DNA from: Pocillopora damicornis
Taxonomy: Eukaryota
Direction: 5' to 3'
Length of the DNA: 64,000 bases
Assembly (NCBI RefSeq): GCF_003704095.1
Contig: NW_020844573.1
Coordinates: 744,001 to 808,000, forward strand
Shown here: positions 48,984 to 60,447 of the stretch, one piece after another
Position numbering within the stretch: position 1 is the first letter of the stretch
Layout: every line of letters starts with the position of its first letter
Program-made: the position numbers and the translations under genes
Notes under the pieces: model-generated
Databases searched by the model: none
What the model saw: only the letters and a program-made list of their open reading frames with translations
Told to the model about the DNA's origin: nothing

Positions 48984-51716
48984 ATGGCCGAAGGGCACGA
49001 TCGAGAATCGCCGGTGGAAGATGCAATCGTCGAAAAGTGGAAAAGGTTCGTTATATGGTGACTACTTATGATAGATTATGAAAGCTTTATGGCATGTCAT
49101 GTATTCCTAATTTTTACTTAAAAATCGCTTAAAGGATTAACGAAATAAACTTTTATTTAATCGATAAATTATAATAAATTTTGTCTAACAAATGTTTAGA
49201 TTACTTTTTTGATGTTTATAGCCAATTCAGAAACATGATTTTACATCGTTAGGGAACAAATCGAATTAAAGGAGAAGCTTGTGTGCAAGGACTGCATCAT
49301 TTGGGGTGAATCCACGAATAATCCATTTAGTAACTTAAATCTAATCGGAGGAGTTGACATATCATTTGTCAAAGATGATCCAGATCACGCCTGTGCTTGC
49401 TTGGTGGTACTTTCCTTCCCTGAACTTGAGGTGTGTTTCAGTTTAACCCTCTAACTCCTAAGATCTGATTATTAATCCTCCCCTCTAGCTGCTTCACATT
49501 TCCTTGTAAATCAATCAAGAGAATTCAGTGTTAGATCAAGATAATAATTTCTACCTGATAAGTTTGAGTATTCTCATTACCTGTTTGTTGGGTAATGTAT
49601 TGATATTATGGGGAGAAGCTTCATGTTAATCACTTCTGGGAGTTAAAGGGTGAAATGGTAATTTATATTTGTTTGGCCTGAAATTAGCTGCACAACCCCT
49701 CACTGGAACCTGAATACATATTAATATCTCAACTGCTCACAAAGAGTCAAGCTGGCTTCCAGAGGCTTAGAAAATATATTTTACAATAATCACGTATAGC
49801 TTTTGAATCACTGGTATGGAGCCTTCATAATTAGTGAGCTACTATACCCACACATTCCTCCTGGAAAATCAATCTTCTCCAAAAAAATTATTTCTCGTCA
49901 CTCTTATTTGTAACCTTAAACTTTGTGAACACAGAAGTTTATTCAACACTGCCCTAGTAACCTGAGGTAAGGTGCAGTTAACATGAATACTTTTAGGTAC
50001 TGTACAAGGTTAATCAAAACTGAAGACATTCTGAAGTGCTGTTAAGGATTTATTTTATTACGTGTTAAATCTTGTGAATACTTCTTTAAATACAGGTTTT
50101 GTATGAGGATTTAACCCTTGTACATCTGAAATTACCTTACATACCAGAATTCCTGGCTTTCAGAGAAGTTGGGTTCCTTGTTAAAGCAGTTTCCAAGCTA
50201 AAAGAAGTTAAACCACATCTACTTCCACAGGTGAACAAGATTTTTGAGATGGTAATTCATCAACTAAAAGCTATACAGATCATTTCATTGATCAAAATTA
50301 AATCAAAATTAATTATGGTATTTGACATTATATAAAATTCATTTGATTAGAAGGAGAATGAGTCTAGATCAGCTGAGTTCATGTTATTGACATACATTGT
50401 TATTGTTGTTCTTGCTGCTGTTTTAGATCATTTTAGTTGACGGGAATGGAATGTTGCACCCCAGAGGTATGTTTATCAGTTTATTATTATCATAATGATG
50501 AGGTTTATTGCAATTAGGATATTTACCAAATATAATCATTTACTGGGTTTCTTGGAGCTGAACATAGTCAACTGATAATGATGATGTAATTTTTTTCCCT
50601 TTTAACTAACTGGAAGACTCATAATTTTTTTTCACTAGTAGGACAAAATATATCGCTCTAACTAATACTCGATCTCATTACTGGCAGGTTTTGGAATTGC
50701 TTGTCACCTTGGAGTGCTGACAGATATCCCTACTGTAGGAGTGGCCAAGACCCTTTTCCATGTGGATGGGATAAAGAAAGACTCCAAAAATGCAAATCAG
50801 GTATTTTAAGGATAAGAACATTTCCTCACAATTAAGTAATTTTCAAGAGAAAAGTAGTACTAGATAATGTCCATACCAACCCTGGCTCAAGAAATGCTGT
50901 TGGAATCTGTAAACTAAGATAAAGGGTTTGAAGCCAGGAGCCATCATTTGTAAAAAAAATTGAAGCCAATATGAAACTGAAATCTCCAGGAGTGGGAAAG
51001 TTAATGCAGACCAGTAACCCTCTCTGGTAGGAGGGGGGGAGGGGAATGTCATTTGAATGATCAACTAACTCTTTGAAGTATGTAGTAAAAACAATTTTTC
51101 TACATTCCTGTCTTGACAGATCAAAAACTGTCTAAAATCTAGTGGAGACAGTTTCCCACTGATAGGTGACTCTGGTACAATTTGGGGAAAGGTAAGATTG
51201 GTCAAATTGCCAAACTATAACAAAATGATAAGGGAAAGAATGAGAAGGTTGCATAAACTATTTTAGTTTCAATTCCTCTTTCCTCTTGCCTCTGCCCAGA
51301 ATTGAGACTTCACAGTGTTTTTTCCACCTAATGCACAAACAATTATGAGAACTCTTGTATACTGTAGAAAAATTGATTTTTCTGGGAGACTAAAAAAGCA
51401 AGGCAGCTTCTGAAGTGAACGGACAGTATGTCAACATCTGGCAGGTGAACTTGAATCCTATCAGTCTTAACTGATTTGGTTACAAAAAAGTAAATACTGG
51501 CAATTTCTTCAAACATGGCACTAAATCTCTTTTATTACTATTCCTCCTGTTATAAGAACATCACAATTATTTTTGTTTTTTACTCAGGCATTGAGAAGTA
51601 CCCAAGGAGCTCCTAATCCTATCTACATATCAGTGGGCCATAAGATAGGACTGGAGACCGCAGTGAGTCTTGTACATGCCACCTGTTGGTTCAGAACACC
51701 TGAACCAATAAGACAA
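48984..51716 (+). CDS. ENDOV: Endonuclease V (inosine-specific). Exons 48984-49045, 49253-49430, 50096-50230, 50427-50466, 50688-50800, 51120-51191, 51588-51716; final exon not visible, probably in N gap 51779-51878
   Basis: Motifs [59 protein letters not shown]. All splices are GT-AG and phase-consistent. Confidence 0.93.
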
Positions 51717-52145
51717 GTAAGAAACAAAACAGAGGCTACTGAAAAATTATAACAATGTACCTGATGACTGAGTTTGGTNNNNNNNNNNNNNNNNNNNNNN
51801 NNNNNNNNNNNNNNNNNNNNNNNNNNNNNNNNNNNNNNNNNNNNNNNNNNNNNNNNNNNNNNNNNNNNNNNNNNNNNNCAGTAGGAAACCATTAAATAAA
51901 TGAAAATACTTACAATTTAGTTGTGTCTGAATGACCAGTGCCGACATATTTTGATTGTACTGAAACAAGGGAGAAAGTTGGTAAAATATTTATAGAACAA
52001 AATTAAACGACAAGCTAGTTGTTGCAACCGTATCATCTAACACTGAGGTCTTTCCTTGCAAGCTTTACTATCTAAAGGAATACACCAGGCAAACCAACAG
52101 CAGAATGATTGACCTTTTCTGTTGAAACCAGAGACTGAAACCACA

Positions 52146-52550
52146 GGCAGACCACACTACGTGTTCATGGTTAATAATTGTTGACATGGGAAAAATGCAT
52201 ATCTAAATAATGTCTTGGTCTGAAAATCACAATAAAGTTGAATGAAATGTTAATCAATGCACTCACAGTATGTTTTTTCACCTTAATGAACCACTTGAAT
52301 AGTCTCTTCACAAAATTACCTTTGGCTGGAGGCTGTCCACAGAAGAAAAGGAGACAAGGCTTGCAACTTGGCCGGCTGCTGCTACTTCCTCCACTAAGAC
52401 TAGAATTAACTTTAAACTACTACTTCAGTTTGAAGTGCAGGAAGTCGCGGCTGCCGGCCACCAAGTTGCGGAGCTTTATTCATAACCCTCATAGATTTTG
52501 TTCGTCTCATGTCAACAATTATTAGCCACGAACATATAGTGTGGTCTGCC
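52146..52550. mobile_element. MITE with ~45-bp imperfect TIRs
   Basis: Left ggcagaccacactacgtgttcatggttaataattgttgacatg; right catgtcaacaattattagccacgaacatatagtgtggtctgcc. Confidence 0.75.
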
Positions 52551-52994
52551 GTAGCTGAAACTTTTTAATGATGGATATGTACGTAACAAAATAAATGTCA
52601 AGTTCTAGACTCTGATGCTAATGATCAGATAAAGCCGGTTTTAGTGCAGTACAACTGGTTATGATTAACAATTTTTTTAATAATAAGCATACTTACAATG
52701 TTCAAGTTGGCTGTGAATGTTGTATCTGTCTGTCTGCAAGTTAAAATGACAAAAAATCTCACATCAAATCGCCGATTTATTATTTGGCAAGTTACATCTC
52801 TAGTTGATGGGCTACCTTTCCTTGATTATTACAAAACCGATCTCATTTTCGAACGTTTTGAACTCTAAAAAAGAATTTAACTCACCATTCTCGTGCGTCT
52901 TTCAGATCACCTACGATGGCGTCGGTAGCACGTAAGTGTAATTACCTCAGCGGTTCTTTTAGTTAACGCATGCCTATTGCGCGCTAAATTCAAA

Positions 52995-53547
52995 ATGGCG
53001 GTTCGGGTGGAGGAGCTCTCGAACACCGAGCCGCAAATTGATGGCATCAGCGGCGAGAAATATCGAGAGATAGGGGATCAGGCAGTGTGGTCGTTATCAT
53101 CATGTAAACCTGGCTTCGGAGTAGAGCAGCTTCGTGATGGAAACCTAGAAACGTACTGGCAATCTGATGGACCACAACCGCATTTGGTGAGCATTCAATT
53201 CCGGCGGAAAACAGCGATTCAAAACATTTGCTTGTACGCAGATTACAAGGCAGATGAAAGCTACACACCGAGTAAAATATCCGTTCGTGCTGGGAATCAC
53301 TTTCACGACCTACACCAGATAGAACTGATAGAGCTCGAGGAACCAAGCGGATGGCTGACAGTGTCTTTGTCGGATGGGGACAAGCCTTTGAAAACGTACA
53401 TGTTGCAAATAGCGGTTTTATCCAATCATCAAAACGGAAGGGACACTCACATGAGGCAGATCAAGATTCACGCGCCTTTAACAGATACTGGGGCTTACAA
53501 AATGCCCACTTTTACTTCTGTGGAGTGTGCTATGTACAGCACAATCA
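52995..53547 (+). CDS. ANAPC10: Anaphase-promoting complex subunit 10 (APC10/DOC1), single exon; last codon(s) and stop fall in the N gap
   Basis: REIGDQAVWSLSSCKPGFGVEQLRDGNLETYWQSDGPQPH...DESYTPSKIS...NHQNGRDTHMRQIKI...YSTI, with the C-terminal IR tail running into the gap. Confidence 0.95.
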
Positions 53548-56498
53548 NNNNNNNNNNNNNNNNNNNNNNNNNNNNNNNNNNNNNNNNNNNNNNNNNNNNN
53601 NNNNNNNNNNNNNNNNNNNNNNNNNNNNNNNNNNNNNNNNNNNNNNNACTTATGTTAATGACATCACAATCTCACTGTATTGACTCTACTGCTCTTAAGC
53701 TTAAAATTCTTTTGTTCAGATGTTAGATAAATATTATTTTATTATTTGCCAGTTTGCCAAAATTATCATGCAATTTTTGTTTAAGAAAATGGTTCAGCCT
53801 TGTGGCAACCCACCACACAGACCAGAAGACTAAAAAAATAGTACATGCATCTTGGACTGGATTAAACTTGGTAAGTATAAATTAAGAAAACAAGCAATCA
53901 TGATTTGAGAGTCCTTTTACTCCTGTTTGACTTAATTTGTGCTCGCATCTCTACTAATTAGTCATTTGTCTTTTGTTTTTCCCCAGATCAAAATCATTTA
54001 TGTAATCTCATGTTTCTGGAAAGTTTTAACGCTGTTTTCCAGCCAATACCTCAAATACCTTGTCTCTAGTTCAGCCAGTTGGGCCAAAGTGGCTTTCGCA
54101 TCAGAAATTTTTGTCTAACATTTTATTGTTTATAGTCTATGCCATGCTGTAACAGTTATTTAAAAGAAGTTGATTGCATTTCGTCATTAGACACTGAATA
54201 ATCACGAAAGCAGCTTTCTTGAAAACTCTTAAACTGTAGATACAGAAAGCCGTCAGAAAAAGGTGTTGATCTTTAGTTTAAGTAGTCGTTTGCCTTTGTA
54301 AAAAAAAGATGTGAGAGACTCCCCAAGTTGTACGGCTGAGCGTCTTCAAAACAAAATGAACTTGTTGAAGGAGCTTGTGCATCTTACAGAATTTCGTGTA
54401 CCTTGTTTGTAACCAGCGTTTATCTTCTCGGTATTTTTTAAATATATTCTTTTTTTATTCTGAAATTCTCGTCAATCCAGTTAGTTACTTGCTTCTTCTT
54501 TTTAATAGTCGTAAACAGCAGTTATCATCTAAAATGTTTAAAGCTACCCCTGAAAGGTTTCAACTGGGTGTCTCCATCAATTTTCACCATACAACCAAGA
54601 GGCAATTACGGGAGCTCCAAAGGTAGTCATTTTAGTTTAAATTAACAGAAGCGGAACAAGATCGGCGATTATAACAGCCGATGTAGGTGCGGTGTTCAAC
54701 CTCTTCATTTATATTTGGGACTTCCTTCCCGGGGCAAATAATAGAAGTGGAAGGGAAAAAAAAAAAAAACTTTCGGCAGTACAAAAACTCGGGTAAACTT
54801 TGATCGAAAAACATGATCTCTCTCGCTCTCCGTCAGTTTCAGGACCAGATTTTACTGACATTAAATCACAATAGATTCTTTATCCCTGAAACGGCAATCA
54901 GTACACAGTACTAATTATTGCCTTGCACGTTTTCTCATGGACGCGACTGGACGTTCCATCGACGTATAACTTTTAGGCGTGAATTATTTCCCTTTATAAG
55001 TAGACGTTGAAGTTGTCACTGTTCCCGTTTGACCTCTCTTGACTACAAAAGTGGGTCAAAAGTGTTTCCGTTTGATTCAGGCCTCGAGGCTAAAAAGCTG
55101 AGCCGACGCTTTCAAAGCCTTGTGGAGTCAATGCCGAGGCTGTAAACTGTCATTGATTAGGCAGTTAGTCAATAAGCGCTTGTTTTTGTTGATTTTTTTG
55201 TGTTGCTTAGTCAGTTCATGATTCTGTACTCATCACGTCATGTTCGGCTTTTTCACTTGGTTTTTACGAGTTAGACGCACGATTTTATAAGCCCACGATT
55301 ACGTAGTGAAGATTTTACTCTCGTTCAGTTTTAATACCTGATGTTTGTCCACAAGAAAGTCTTGACAGCAATTTAAGAGGCATACAGATTGTGAGCGATG
55401 AGACAAGCTGAAAATTTGTAAGTATAGTGAACGCGCTGGTTTTTATTTCGTTCAAAATTACGAAAAATGAAGTTTGACAACTAACACACCAGACCTAAAA
55501 GAAAAGGATAACTAAATCTGTGCCCCTTAAGGCAGTGAACTGTAATCATCCTTTGACTGTTTGAAAACAGATCATCAGTGGCATTGTCGTTTCAGTAACT
55601 TTACTTTTTGTGAGAGGGTTCTCAGTTGTCTCAGTGCAATATCACGTGTAATTAATAGACTTCTCTATTTGCGCATTATAACCCTCGTAACAAGCTTTAA
55701 GCTTTGTTTACAGTTCGAACAACGTGAAATTCTAATGAAATTTTACATGAATCAAGAACTGCAGCCAACGAGACCTTTTAGCTTAAAAGTAAAACTTAGC
55801 ACACTTGAAGACGCAATTTTTATGGGTTTACTCTTTCTTTCAGCGATTTAGTTCCGTAAAAATCGAGCTTGACTAGGAAAACAAGCCACTTAGAAACCAA
55901 AAGTCGGCACGGCTAAAGAAAATATCTGCATAAATTTCAATGATCTTCTAATTCGCTAATCCCAGCCAACAAAAGCGAAGTGGAATCATTTAGCTATCAT
56001 TATCATACTATTTGTTCGCGTGTACTAGCAAATGTTACTTATTTATCTTGAGCTCAAGCCAGAGAGAGTAACGCGCAGCAAAATACACAAGGAAACCTTG
56101 CATTTTGAGGTTTGTGCAGCGTGTGAAAATAATTTATTACGGCTCAACTGAAAGAAGCTTTTTCGTTTCACTTAATGAAAAAGCAGCATTTATTTGTTTC
56201 TTTTCAATAATAACCTTTACGTCAAACCCTTAAGATAATAATTTAGTCCACATGGGAATAATCTTGTTGGGTTTTAATTGGCTTCTAGCTTTCTCATTAC
56301 GGGAAGACAGCCGGCTTGACTAAATCCTTCTTCAATAAGTCTTTTGCATAACAGAGTTTATGTCAAGTGGCTGGAGTGAATCACTTAATCACCTCTCTTC
56401 CTAACGAGACACGCTTGTTGTTAAGCTATGTGGGAGTCCATGTTTCTAAGGAAAAACTATTTCCACGGAGTTTTCTTCGAATAGTTCATCCCTGAGAC

Positions 56499-59211
56499 AT
56501 GGAGCCGGTGACTTCTTTGAAAATAATCGTTTTCCCAAGCCTAGAGGACAAGATATTTGTCGGCGACAAGAGACGATTTTGTCCAACAATCGCAAGCGTC
56601 GTTAATAACGTAACAACTAAGTCCGGAGTGGTTCTAGACGGTAGACAAACACGAATCGGTAACAACCGCCTAACTGAATCCAGAATACTAGGAACAAGGA
56701 ACAAAAGACAATTTAGCTGTCCCAAGATCATAGATTTTAACACGTTGAAATCGTTCCAGGAAATTCGTCCCATGCACAAACCCAAACGCATCTTTAATGG
56801 TTTCTTCCCGTCAAAGGTCAGGTCTACATCAATGGCTTTGCCAAACGCTTACAAGGAAGGACAAGTGAGTTAGTTTCAATTTTTCCCTTTTTCCGGCAAG
56901 TTACGTTTTTCTATTGTTGTTTGATGTAACTCGCTAATCGAAGTTGCCATGGGACACCTTATGTTATTTCTGAGTGCAAGAACCAGTTTCAAACCCTTTA
57001 ATGACCTGAAAAAATCTTCTTGTTGCCAACATTTTGAAAGTATTGACCGATTAACGAGGCTAAATTACGGATAGTTTAAATTTTGCCGTTAACCAACTCA
57101 GTTCGCGGGTTTAACACCATTTAAGACTACAGCAAAAAAGTCATTGGTCCATGACCGGAATTATTGCGTGTTGTCCGTGGAAGGGAAAAGTCTCTGCAGG
57201 GGAAGGTTCTCAGCTATGGGCTTCTGTTAAGACTTTTTGTCAATTGCGAATTATTGTTTTGATAATTAACGGGTGAAGGAACTAGGGATCTACGTTAACC
57301 CTTTTTATGTGTTGAAATTCAGATAATTTTTGAAGGGAAACAGTTGCTTCTGTCGAAAATAAAACTTTAGTATCCGTCCGTGGAGTTGAAATTTCAACTT
57401 AGTAAGGATCTGTTGTGAAAACTGAGTGAGACCAATATTTGGAGTTTTTACTTATTATAAAAGATAGTTGAAAAGGTGTTTCACTTTAAAGTGCATAAAC
57501 ATTCTTCACTTACTCAAAGGAATTTGATATCGTAAATTTATGCTTCCGAGCTTTTAAACTTTTGAAAGGTCAGTATTTTTTACCTAAAAGCCATCCTTAT
57601 GTTGACATGGCATTTAAAGACAGCTATGGCTAGTTGTTTTTGAATTCATCAAAACACAGATCAAAGTGTTAAGAAAAAAAGAAAAAAGAAAAGAAACGGC
57701 CGCCCCATTTATTACTTTGCCTCCCTTTTGTCAAAGTTTCCGAATAAACCTCTATCGAGGAAAAAAAATCAGTTATGGAAATTTTTCGATAAAAAAGAAA
57801 GATAAACAAAATGGTGGTGCAGGTGTTTAGACTAGAACCGAACGGAATGTTTTTTTGAGGGTCATTCATGTTAATTAAAACCCCCAGAGATGACTTTTGT
57901 AACAGAAGCTTGCATGCTTCTTTCTCCCGTTTTTCTCGACGACTGAGAATATGTTTGCGTATTGTTTGTGAATATCATGGCGAACTAGTTCAAATCTCAG
58001 AAAAATAAAACAAAATAAAACAACTTGAGGCGGAAAGAACGGTAAGGTAAACGTATATATATGCGGTTCATTAAACCATCATTGTGTTTACGATGTCTTT
58101 CCGTGTTTTCCGCCGGCCAAGGCGTAACTTCATAGTATCACAGAAGTTGATTAATATCTGGGATTCATCTTGAGTTTAATGGCCTCTTTCTTATCATAAT
58201 GCCTTTCATGACATTTTCGCAAAAGAAAGAAAAACCCTTCAATACTAACTCATTTGGCGGAGCTTGTATCTTATCTAAATCGACGAAAGTTATTCTCTTA
58301 GCACTGTTTTTTGTTTTATATACGTACTTAAAATCACGAAACTAAGCTTAAGGTGATGTAAGTATGATGTAGGAAAATTTTTATTGAATCAAGTATATAG
58401 GAGTAAAGCAGGTAATTTAGTGTTAACAACTGGGTTGAAAACGTAAATTAGCCACCGTAAAGGGTAAAAAAGCTGACGTTTCGAGCGTTAGCCCTTCGTC
58501 AGAGCGATATATAGGAGTAAACACGGTGAGAGAGTTAAGTTGTTTACTAAGAGAAGGTCAACTTAACTCAAAGCACACCTATGCCCAGCTGAAACTCAAA
58601 TGTTTTAGAGGCATTGAATGACTGACAGCAGATCTAACTTACAGTAATTGGGAGACGCATCAACCAAAGCAAATGGCTCCCTTAACTGTCCAACTAATCG
58701 AATTATACACGGACTGACTGACTGAGTGGTGGCATGCAAAGGAGACCAAAAGCAGGAAAACGCAAATAACAGAGAGTAATTCACACATTGACAGAAAATC
58801 GACGTTTTGCTTTAAGGCTTTAGCAATTTTTTATACCTTTTGTAATATTTCCATTCAATAATTCTTAATTCTCTTCATCAGGACGTAACTCTCGAAGAAC
58901 TTGTTCCTAATCCAAACGCTCCTCCATCATACGACGGAGCAGTACTCTCTCGTACAGCAACTTCACGAAACAGCAGTCTACGATCGGAACCGATCACGTT
59001 ACCGAATAATTCTGAGCCCCAATTATCGCCTCAGCAAAACGCTAAACGAGATTCGAGGAGGGTGGTTTACTCGCTAAGAAATGGCTCACCCTCCCCCTGG
59101 GTAGACAGATACAAACTAAAACAGAAGACGATCTCAGCATCCGCATTAACCGAAATAAGAAACAAGACGGGAACAGCCGAGGAACCGCCCGTGAGAGGAT
59201 TCTCAAGATGA
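56499..59211 (+). CDS. Uncharacterised basic, low-complexity protein, ~231 aa. Exons 56499-56864 and 58882-59211
   Basis: A 122-codon frame ends at a strong donor CAA|gtgagt (phase 0). Acceptor ctcttcatcag|GAC opens a 109-codon frame DVTLEELVPNPNAPPSYDGAVL...RGFSR*. Both exons are more GC-rich than the flanks. No family recognised. Confidence 0.6.
58408..58507 (-). mobile_element. 100-bp Penelope-like/retrozyme-type insertion carrying a minimal type I hammerhead ribozyme
   Basis: 14-bp TSD tatataggagtaaa at 58394-58407 and 58508-58521. Minus strand gct-CTGACGA-a-gggc-taac-gctc-GAAAC-GTC-agc at 58471-58505. Confidence 0.75.
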
Positions 59212-60447
59212 CATCTTCAGAACTAAAGGCGTGGTATGAAGAGATCGCCCATTGGAAAGGAGGAGGAAAAGAATCGTGGCCGAGAGGGGGTTGGGGGTGA
59301 TGTTGTGTACGTCTTAGAAGGAAAATGACAAATAGTCTTTTTAAAAATGCGAAAGAATTGAATGTCGTTCGTATCAATTCCTCAAGAATGAGTATGGATG
59401 CTCTTTGAATGAGAAAATAACTAATATAAAAATAAAAAATTCGAATGGACATTTTAAGTTTCAAATTGTTTTAATTAAAAAATCGCATTGTCTCTGAGTG
59501 CTATGAAGAGGTGTTTCCTCTCGAGAAAAAGTGTTTAATAGCTGGAATTGTTTCGTTTTCAAGTCACATATCCATGTAAATAAACAAAGAACGAAAATGT
59601 CAAGTTTGAATTTCATGGTTACATTCTCTTTTTGCGTCTTTGTTTATGATTCCAGGAACTATTGTAAACGATAAACGAGAAAATATAAACAAAAGAGGGC
59701 CGTGCGATACATTTAAGGAAGTAAAAACTTTTTTTTAGGCCCTCTCTAAGCGCTGTTGTTTACTTGATCGCAAGAAAACTCCCTTCTAGTTCGATCTTAA
59801 AACTTGATTGTTCAAGAGTGTACTTTAAAGGAGAAGAGGAAAAGAAGGGAGGTGGGGGAGGGGTGAGTATCTCCAGAACCTTTGACTCCCGTCTGCCCCA
59901 TTGTGAAATACTGCTGATCAATAAGTAACAAATGTGCGCATTTTATAAAGAACGATGAGTGGAGTTAGGGCTTGTCACTTTTGACGTTTTTAGGCTTCTT
60001 GTTTCAGTTAAAATATGCAAGATTAAGTTAATTTCTCCCTCTTCAGATTCAAAATACGCGAATAAACCCAAAGTTCCGAAATGACAAAATAATAGCAACA
60101 ACAAAAAATTGTATCAAAATATTTTAAAAATTGACTTAATGCAAAAGTAGAGAAACAATGATGCATGAAAAATCTTGAAGATTCTTAAGGGGAAAACCAG
60201 TTCCTTTTCTAATGAAGATACTCTAGTTTTTTTTTTCTCAACTTTTTTTTCTCTTGATTAGTAAAGCACCCTGGGAAACCGTGTTATCATGAAAGTGAAA
60301 GTTGTGGAATCAAACAGAACATTCAATTTTATTGTTTTCCAGAAAACCAATGGGTAAAATAGCTGATGGTTTCATTCATACCTTTGTCTTGTCTTTCACC
60401 TTAAAATACCATTCAATACATCATTTAACCTTTTTTTAATGGTAATA

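Noticed and set aside
52141-52206. cag|GCA GAC at the MITE edge could supply ENDOV's missing catalytic AD exon
   Set aside because: The continuation ADHTTCSW does not match the expected ADxxSR, the pyrimidine tract is poor and the sequence is a TIR. The real exon most likely sits in the gap at 51779-51878.
59042-59464. 140-aa minus-strand ORF
   Set aside because: Antisense shadow of the orphan gene's second exon and 3'UTR.
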